In this document: positions 15,586-19,746 of the stretch, piece after piece
Numbering within the stretch: position 1 is the stretch's first letter
How the letters are laid out: each line of letters opens with the position of its first letter
From: a virus
Direction: 5' to 3' (one strand)
Length of the DNA: 19,746 nt
Virus record (IMG/VR): IMGVR_UViG_3300011443_000070
The notes under the pieces: generated by a model
The model's input: only the letters and a program-made list of their open reading frames with translations
Databases searched by the model: none
Told to the model about the DNA's origin: nothing
Program-made: the position numbers and the translations under genes

Positions 15586-15759
15586 TCACGGCTCCGCTTG
15601 CGGGCACGGCGTTTGTGTGGGGGATTGCCCATCCGCTAAATGCCCTTCGATCGCCAGGGAGCAAGCGATCGCAAATGACAGCATGGCGAGCATGAGACTT
15701 ACGATCGCCACGGTTAGTAGTTTGGGAATAAGCCGTTCTAGTTGCTGATTCGTAAGCAT
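15586..15759 (-). CDS. 57-aa membrane/secreted micro-protein (MLTNQQLERLIPKLLTVAIVSLMLAMLSFAIACSLAIEGHLADGQSPTQTPCPQAEP)
   Basis: Not in the track. Its ATG overlaps the TAA of the DUF1064 gene (TAATG). It has one hydrophobic helix. The C-terminal motif AIEG-x5/6-(Q/S)P-x(1-2)-TPCPQ-x-x-P is shared with the 42-aa ORF. Confidence 0.6.
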   Translation of the reverse strand: MLTNQQLERLIPKLLTVAIVSLMLAMLSFAIACSLAIEGHLADGQSPTQTPCPQAEP

Positions 15760-16196
15760 TACTCGATCTCCACGATGGTGATCCCGTGGTTGGCTTCTAC
15801 GATCTTCTTCCGTAACTGATACGCCTCAGTCTTTGTGGGTTTACTCTTCACATCCTCGACGATCCACGCGCCGAGGCGGTGATCCCGATACTTGAAATCC
15901 GCATGGAACATGCCCACGGTGTGCAGGATCTCGGGGCCACCATCCCGAAATAACTCCTTCACGATCAAGGGAAAGCCGGGGTGAATCTCGATACTGGAGA
16001 TCCGGCCCGCTTGTGCGAGCAGCTTCAGTTCCTGATACCGGGCGGCTTCCCGCTGACTGTCGAAGAGGATGCCATCGACGCGCACGGCATGCGCCTGATA
16101 CTTATTCGTGCTGGGGCGCGTGTTGACGGTGAGTTTCGCACCTGACACGGTGTCATGGGTTTTGGCCCACTGCGTCCAACCGGCCCGATCACTCAT
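15759..16196 (-). CDS. DUF1064-family nuclease (RecU/resolvase-like PD-(D/E)xK), 145 aa
   Basis: NKYQAHAVRVDGILFDSQREAARYQELKLLAQAGRISSIEIHPGFPL…FHADFKYRD…IVEDVKSKPTKTEAYQLRKKIVEANHGITIVEI matches the DUF1064 consensus closely (NKY…DGIxFDSxxEAxRYxELKLL…ADFxY…VEDVKG…T…YxLKxK). Confidence 0.85.
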   Translation of the reverse strand: MSDRAGWTQWAKTHDTVSGAKLTVNTRPSTNKYQAHAVRVDGILFDSQREAARYQELKLLAQAGRISSIEIHPGFPLIVKELFRDGGPEILHTVGMFHADFKYRDHRLGAWIVEDVKSKPTKTEAYQLRKKIVEANHGITIVEIE

Positions 16197-16299
16197 CGAG
16201 ATAGTCCCACGGGATGCGCCGCCAAAGCACGATCAGGCGAATCGCAATCGCCACCGTGACGATCACCAGCACGACGAACACCACAACCCACGCATTCAT
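16189..16299 (-). CDS. 36-aa single-TM micro-protein (MNAWVVVFVVLVIVTVAIAIRLIVLWRRIPWDYLDE)
   Basis: Not in the track. It has an ATGA overlap with the lipoprotein stop and an 8-nt overlap (ATGAGTGA) with the DUF1064 start. It has a hydrophobic core and a charged C-terminus. Confidence 0.6.
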   Translation of the reverse strand: MNAWVVVFVVLVIVTVAIAIRLIVLWRRIPWDYLDE

Positions 16300-16862
16300 C
16301 GGTGCCCCACCCAGCGGCGGACGGTTTCGAACGGCAAGACGCCCCAGCGCACCATCGTCGGGCTGTCAGTTGGACCCGGACAGTGATTCCCCAGCACGTC
16401 CACGATCCAGATGCCGGTGTCGCCCGCGCTCGCCCGATACGCCACGACATCCCGCGCTTTCGTGATGCAGTTCGCGTCTTTACACAAATACCCCCAGCGG
16501 GCGTCACGTTGGCTCAGGACGCCAATCAGGCCATCGAGGAAGGCCCAGGCCGCGTCGCCGTCGGTGAGCTGGCAGGAGTGCGTCACCTGGGCCGGATGGT
16601 CGGCCGCATACTGCCGCGCCACGCCCTCGCCGTAGGCCGGCAGCGGTAGAGCACCCCCAGGGGAAGACGGGGGCGTGCCGGGAGTCGGCTCAGGCGTGGT
16701 CGCGGTATCGCTGCGGTCGACGGTCACCGTGGTCGTATTCGTGACGGTGACGTTGCCCGGGGCCGTGGGCGCCTGCACGACAGGCGAGGGCATCGTCAAG
16801 GCGATGTCACAGCCGAGACTGGTGAGGGCGAGGAGGAGGATTAGTATCCGCAATCGGCACAC
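16296..16862 (-). CDS. Predicted lipoprotein, 188 aa, ending RRWVGHR
   Basis: GTG start. The signal-like N-terminus MCRLRILILLLALTSLGC has a Cys at position 18. A Thr/Pro-rich linker and a Cys-containing globular domain of unknown family follow. Confidence 0.6.
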   Translation of the reverse strand: MCRLRILILLLALTSLGCDIALTMPSPVVQAPTAPGNVTVTNTTTVTVDRSDTATTPEPTPGTPPSSPGGALPLPAYGEGVARQYAADHPAQVTHSCQLTDGDAAWAFLDGLIGVLSQRDARWGYLCKDANCITKARDVVAYRASAGDTGIWIVDVLGNHCPGPTDSPTMVRWGVLPFETVRRWVGHR

Positions 16863-16936
16863 ACCTGTTTCCCGCCCTTATACATCCACTGGTAACAGCC
16901 GCACCGTGGGCATCGGGGCGGTTCGGGTTTCGTCAT
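16841..16936 (-). CDS. 31-aa Zn-ribbon micro-ORF (MTKPEPPRCPRCGCYQWMYKGGKQVCADCGY)
   Basis: The ATG at 16936 overlaps the TGA of the 108-aa gene (ATGA). It has CxxC…CxxC. The 69-aa track version would overlap the upstream gene extensively. Confidence 0.5.
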   Translation of the reverse strand: MTKPEPPRCPRCGCYQWMYKGGKQVCADCGY

Positions 16937-17259
16937 CGCTTCACCCCGAGGCGCCGGAGCTGCTCCTGCGGCGAGAGACTCCGCACCCGTTGCGCCTGAT
17001 CGGCGTTCGAGAGCTGGGGGGGTTCCGGTTCGGGGAGTCGTTGAATCCATCGTTCCTCATCGAGCCAGGTGATCATCGACGGAATAAAGCGCCCCGCACA
17101 GGCCTGCCACTGCGCCGATCGCTGGTGTTGGGCGAGCGCCGTCAACATCACCGTCAGCGAGACTTTCTGGTGCGCCTTCCGAAACGCCGCTCGCGCCGCA
17201 TCGCCGCCTTTTCGTCGTGCCGCCGGATACGCGTCTCGAAAGAGTGCAAAATCCTCCAA
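16933..17259 (-). CDS. Small conserved phage protein of the FxxF-x-x-x-YP … IP-x-x-x-TWL-x-x-x-RW type, 108 aa (often found in replication modules)
   Basis: TTG start at 17259 is preceded by the GAGAGAGAGAGGG purine tract. Motifs are EDFALFRDAYPAARRKGG…AAFRKA…GRFIPSMITWLDEERWIQ. Confidence 0.6.
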   Translation of the reverse strand: MEDFALFRDAYPAARRKGGDAARAAFRKAHQKVSLTVMLTALAQHQRSAQWQACAGRFIPSMITWLDEERWIQRLPEPEPPQLSNADQAQRVRSLSPQEQLRRLGVKR

Positions 17260-17342
17260 GGATTTTCACCCTCTCTCTCTCTCCCTTGCTTGTTGTATCG
17301 ACTGTCACAGTCAAACTACGGGAACTTCGGGGCTTCAAGCAC

Positions 17343-17447
17343 ACGGGGACTTTTTTTGTTTCCGCGCGAAAATTCTTTTCGCACAAAACAAACCACTTGC
17401 CTGTTGGTTCCCCAACACCACAGGACCAGGCGAAAAAAAGTCCCCGT
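17343..17447. repeat. Perfect 15-bp inverted repeat (ACGGGGACTTTTTTT / AAAAAAAGTCCCCGT) enclosing two internal hairpins
   Basis: Arms lie at 17343-17357 and 17433-17447, 75 nt apart. Inside are GCGAAAA-ttc-TTTTCGC (17366-17382) and TGTTGG-ttcc-CCAACA (about 17403-17418; the loop reads GGAA on the minus strand). CCAGGCG (17426-17432) pairs with CGCCTGG (17457-17463) as a competing helix. Confidence 0.8.
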
Positions 17448-17573
17448 TGAAAAAGACGCCTGGATTTTCCGCCTAGCTGGCAGGGACGGCCGAGGGCATC
17501 CCCGCGTTCATGTGACTCGATCCTCATGCAAGTTGTCCCGAAGTCTCTCCCGTTCGGGACCGACGGGCCTTAG

Positions 17574-17593
17574 CGCCCCGGTGGGACGGGGCG
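17574..17593 (-). terminator. GC-rich hairpin 15 nt downstream of the ParB-like gene stop (terminator-like, no U tract)
   Basis: CGCCCCG (17574-17580), a 6-nt loop, then CGGGGCG (17587-17593). It is followed on the minus strand by CTAAGG rather than a T run. Confidence 0.3.
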
Positions 17594-17607
17594 TCGAGGT
17601 CGGTCAC

Positions 17608-18477
17608 TTACGCCGCTATTGCTTGCGCCGCTTTCCGTAGGTCGAATTTGATTTCCTTGATCGGCTTGTCGTCGCGGTAGGCGTTCCACGCATACACGCA
17701 CCCGCGGAACAATTCGCCCTGCTTGATTTCCAGCCGGTCTTCCTTCACAGACTTCAGCCATTCGTCCAACACGGTGGCGGGTGCGTTATCTTCAAAGTCC
17801 TTCCCGCCGCGCGCCACATCGAGCCAGAATTTCCGCGCCTCGTCTTCGTTCGCCTCGAACGTGGCGTGCATCGCGGCGACAATCGGCACCTTCTTCAGTT
17901 CAGGCGTCTTGATGCTGAAGAGTTCCCCGAGCCAGAGTAAATAGCGATGGAGTTGTTCCTCGTGGAACAAGCTGAACTGCTCGTCGCCCTTCTTCGTGTC
18001 AACGCTCACGATGAAATGCCGATACCAGGTCACCGCCTCCACGCCGATCTTCGCGATCGGTTTCGCGACATCGCGCAGATTGGGCACGAGCCCCTGATAC
18101 GCGCCCGCGACATCGGCGGCCGAGCGACTTGACTTGCGATCGTCAAACTGGCGGAACAGCAGCGCGAGATCCCGCTCGCTCGCGACTTCATACAGATCGA
18201 CGTGCGCGAAGAGTCCATCGGGAAACGTGCCGTTGAGTTCACACAGCATGGTCGCGCTATGCTGCCCGTTCATCCGATACCACTGCCCGCCGAGCTTGCA
18301 CTTGGCCCAATGGAACGACACGAGTAAGCCGGCATCGGCCTTGCGGCGGAGATGTTGCAGCCGGGAGGGAATGAGTTCACGTTCCGTGGGGGACGGCGGG
18401 AGATCGCGAAATTCCTGGGCAAGTGCGGGTGTGAGCGGGTGCGTCTCGGCACCCACAATCGAAAAGTTGCCGTTCAT
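17608..18477 (-). CDS. ParB/Srx-fold N-terminal-domain protein (NGQHS variant of the DGQHR-type motif), 289 aa
   Basis: ATGA overlap with the upstream gene. The pattern …ERELIPSRLQHLRRKADAGLLVSFHWAKCKLGGQWYRMNGQHSATML… fits ParB-like N-terminal domains. The rest looks helical. Confidence 0.6.
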   Translation of the reverse strand: MNGNFSIVGAETHPLTPALAQEFRDLPPSPTERELIPSRLQHLRRKADAGLLVSFHWAKCKLGGQWYRMNGQHSATMLCELNGTFPDGLFAHVDLYEVASERDLALLFRQFDDRKSSRSAADVAGAYQGLVPNLRDVAKPIAKIGVEAVTWYRHFIVSVDTKKGDEQFSLFHEEQLHRYLLWLGELFSIKTPELKKVPIVAAMHATFEANEDEARKFWLDVARGGKDFEDNAPATVLDEWLKSVKEDRLEIKQGELFRGCVYAWNAYRDDKPIKEIKFDLRKAAQAIAA

Positions 18478-19283
18478 TGCTTCTTCTCCTTCGTAATGCG
18501 TTTGCTGGTGAGCAAGGATTCGTGAGTGAGTTGTTCGAGAATGGCTTTCAAGTCATGGGCGATCATGGCGATGGTCCCGGGGGAACATTCGGCCAAGTGT
18601 TTACGCCCTTCGGTTTGAAGTGCCTGAACAATCGGGCTCACTTTTTGGAGTAACACATCGACATCTACTGTGCGTCCGCGCCCCCGGACGATCCGATAAT
18701 CAAAGGACGATCCTCCTTTCCTGCGTTCACAGAACGTGTGATACGTCCCGCGCGTCTGCATCTGCGTCAACACGGCGACGACATCGGCTTCAAGCCCTTC
18801 GCTTTGGGTGATGATGGTTTTCAGCCGGTGCCAGCTTCCATCGCCGAAGCGGTCGAGAATTTTTGTCACGAGCTCACGATTCCGCGTGGATGATCGGTTT
18901 TTTGAGAGCGTGAGTTCATCGGCCATGAGTCTCTGCACCGCCTGAAAGCGAATCCGTTCATTCGTTTCGGTCTTATCGGTGCGTTCCCAATAGCTGCGAA
19001 AGCGTCTCTCGGTGAGGTTTTTGGGAATTGCTCCCGCGGTAGCAACGGACAAAAACCGCCCGAAGCGCACTCGCTTCTCGATCCATTGCCGGCTTTTACT
19101 TTCAATTCCTGCGAGTTGTTCTTGTGTCCACCCCGAGCAATAGAACAACGTCGCGAGCACCTGATCGTAGGAGCCCGTTCGTTCTGTGGCGGTGTCGCCA
19201 TGTGTGGCGCGAATCTCGGCGCGGTGGAGCCGATACTCCGCCTCCGTCATCCGTTTCGCTGACGCAAAGTCGATCGCGTTCAC
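18474..19283 (-). CDS. DNA-binding protein with ParB-type HTH and a C-terminal winged-helix-like region, 269 aa (start GTG 19283 or ATG 19250)
   Basis: GWTQEQLAGIESKSRQWIEKRVRFGRFL resembles the ParB/KorB HTH. …LKTIITQSEGLEADVVAVLTQMQTRGTYHTFCERRKGGSSFDYRIV looks like a winged helix. The GTG at 19283 overlaps the TGA of the 84-aa gene (GTGA). The extra 56 residues in the track are Arg/Gly/Cys-rich and overlap that gene. Confidence 0.6.
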   Translation of the reverse strand: MNAIDFASAKRMTEAEYRLHRAEIRATHGDTATERTGSYDQVLATLFYCSGWTQEQLAGIESKSRQWIEKRVRFGRFLSVATAGAIPKNLTERRFRSYWERTDKTETNERIRFQAVQRLMADELTLSKNRSSTRNRELVTKILDRFGDGSWHRLKTIITQSEGLEADVVAVLTQMQTRGTYHTFCERRKGGSSFDYRIVRGRGRTVDVDVLLQKVSPIVQALQTEGRKHLAECSPGTIAMIAHDLKAILEQLTHESLLTSKRITKEKKQ

Positions 19284-19534
19284 AACCCCACACCCCGCCC
19301 GAGCCGCACGCCGGCATCCCAGCGCCGCGCATCCGCATACCGCGCCCGTGATATCAACTCTTCCCAGAGTGCCGGCTGACACGCCAGATACCGGCAGCAC
19401 TCCACGGGCGCGTGCCAGAACATCCCGACCAGCGCCCAGGCGCCTTCGCAATCGGCCACGAGGCCGAGCTCCTCCACGAAGTCCTCGAAGTCGATCGGCT
19501 TGGGCGGCGATTCCTCGAACTCAAAACGCCGCAT
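19280..19534 (-). CDS. Hypothetical acidic protein, 84 aa
   Basis: MRRFEFEESPPKPIDFEDFVEELGLVADCEGAWALVGMFWHAPVECCRYLACQPALWEELISRARY… has protein-like composition. It overlaps the annealing-protein stop by 14 nt. Confidence 0.55.
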   Translation of the reverse strand: MRRFEFEESPPKPIDFEDFVEELGLVADCEGAWALVGMFWHAPVECCRYLACQPALWEELISRARYADARRWDAGVRLGRGVGL

Positions 19535-19746
19535 CGGTCGCCTCCGCGAGTGTGACGATCTCCCCGCTGTCCAGCAGCGTGACCGTCACAGGCGTCTTAA
19601 CTTCCTTGTAACGGGTGACCGCCCGCGCCACGTCGTGATCCGTGGTGTAGCACTGCACGAGGCAGCCGTGGTCGGTCGTCAGCGTGAGCGTCGTTTTGCC
19701 GGTCGTCTTCGAGCGCGTGCCCGCCGTGATCGTCCCGGTCACCGCC
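19521..19746 (-). CDS. C-terminal part of the wrap-around annealing protein (OB-fold-like tail)
   Basis: The track ORF 19521..19742 (TGTITAGTRSKTTGKTTLTLTTDHGCLVQCYTTDHDVARAVTRYKEVKTPVTVTLLDSGEIVTL) is the same frame as the ORF leaving base 1: 872 minus 119 is a multiple of 3, and 19742 equals position 119 of the repeat. Joined length is 975 nt, or 324 aa. Confidence 0.8.
   Translation of the reverse strand, partial: AVTGTITAGTRSKTTGKTTLTLTTDHGCLVQCYTTDHDVARAVTRYKEVKTPVTVTLLDSGEIVTLAEATDAAF
19624..19746. repeat. Direct terminal repeat, copy 2 (identical to 1-123)
   Basis: Same 123 bases as the window start. This implies a 19,623-bp unit that is circular or terminally redundant. Confidence 0.95.

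Larger units (their letters stand above)
17260..17607 (-). promoter_or_regulatory. Main non-coding hub (348 bp): candidate promoter/operator, origin, or structured RNA region
   Basis: This is the largest gap in the genome and is AT-richer than the flanks. It contains a (GA)n tract, a 13-bp palindrome, several nested inverted repeats and six GGGAC/GTCCC motifs. Confidence 0.55.

Noticed and set aside
16189-16862. Lipoprotein plus downstream TM ORF as a classical two-component Rz/Rz1 spanin pair
   Set aside because: The gene order is reversed (lipoprotein first). The lipoprotein is far larger than o-spanins. The 36-aa TM protein has almost no periplasmic domain. Only the frameshift-fusion (unimolecular spanin-like) idea is kept, as a low-confidence hypothesis.
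17343-17357. ACGGGGACTTTTTTT, and its mirror at 17433-17447, as two intrinsic terminators
   Set aside because: Neither copy has a complementary GTCCCC arm immediately upstream to form a local hairpin before the T run. The two copies pair with each other instead, so the T/A tracts are part of one long helix.
17057-17527. 156-aa minus-strand ORF and the plus-strand ORFs 17069..17476 and 17217..17450 crossing the non-coding hub
   Set aside because: Their translations run through homopolymer and (GA)n tracts and overlap the conserved 108-aa gene out of frame. The region is better explained as regulatory or structured DNA or RNA.
19284-19451. The 56-residue N-terminal extension of the 325-aa track ORF
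   Set aside because: The extension (MRRRLGAGRDVLARARGVLPVSG…CRRAARAGCGV) is compositionally abnormal. It fully overlaps the protein-like 84-aa gene. A GTGA-coupled start at 19283 fits the genome-wide pattern.

Overview
The window is one GC-rich, tightly packed tailed-phage genome of the HK97 lineage with a siphovirus-like tail module. Every gene I can support is on the minus strand. Bases 1-123 recur exactly at 19624-19746, and a Red-beta/RecT-like gene stays in frame across that junction. The true unit is therefore a 19,623-bp circular, circularly permuted or terminally redundant molecule, not a chromosomal fragment. Minus-strand order from high to low coordinates: 84-aa ORF; HTH/winged-helix protein; ParB/Srx-like protein; a 348-bp structured non-coding hub (17260-17607); a small replication-associated protein; Zn-ribbon micro-ORF; lipoprotein; TM micro-ORF; DUF1064 nuclease; a duplicated and shuffled cassette of TM-peptide, Zn-ribbon and HNH-N-terminal modules; HNH endonuclease; large terminase; RHH protein; prohead protease-scaffold-major capsid fusion; portal; gp6-like connector; head-closure protein; gp10-like protein; major tail protein; 91-aa ORF; G/GT-type chaperone pair with an A9 slippery run; tape measure; 997-aa repeat-rich tail protein; 155-aa fibre-like protein; 97-aa ORF; 53-aa two-TM protein; a small basic KGG-rich protein; a 24-aa ORF; and the wrap-around annealing protein. 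I found no integrase, recognisable endolysin, canonical small terminase, polymerase, tRNA or CRISPR array. Several real-looking genes are micro-ORFs below the 60-aa cutoff of the supplied track, and I read them directly from the sequence. The long plus-strand ORFs are Arg/Pro-rich shadows of the minus-strand genes. All homology statements rest on motif recognition by eye and need profile searches.
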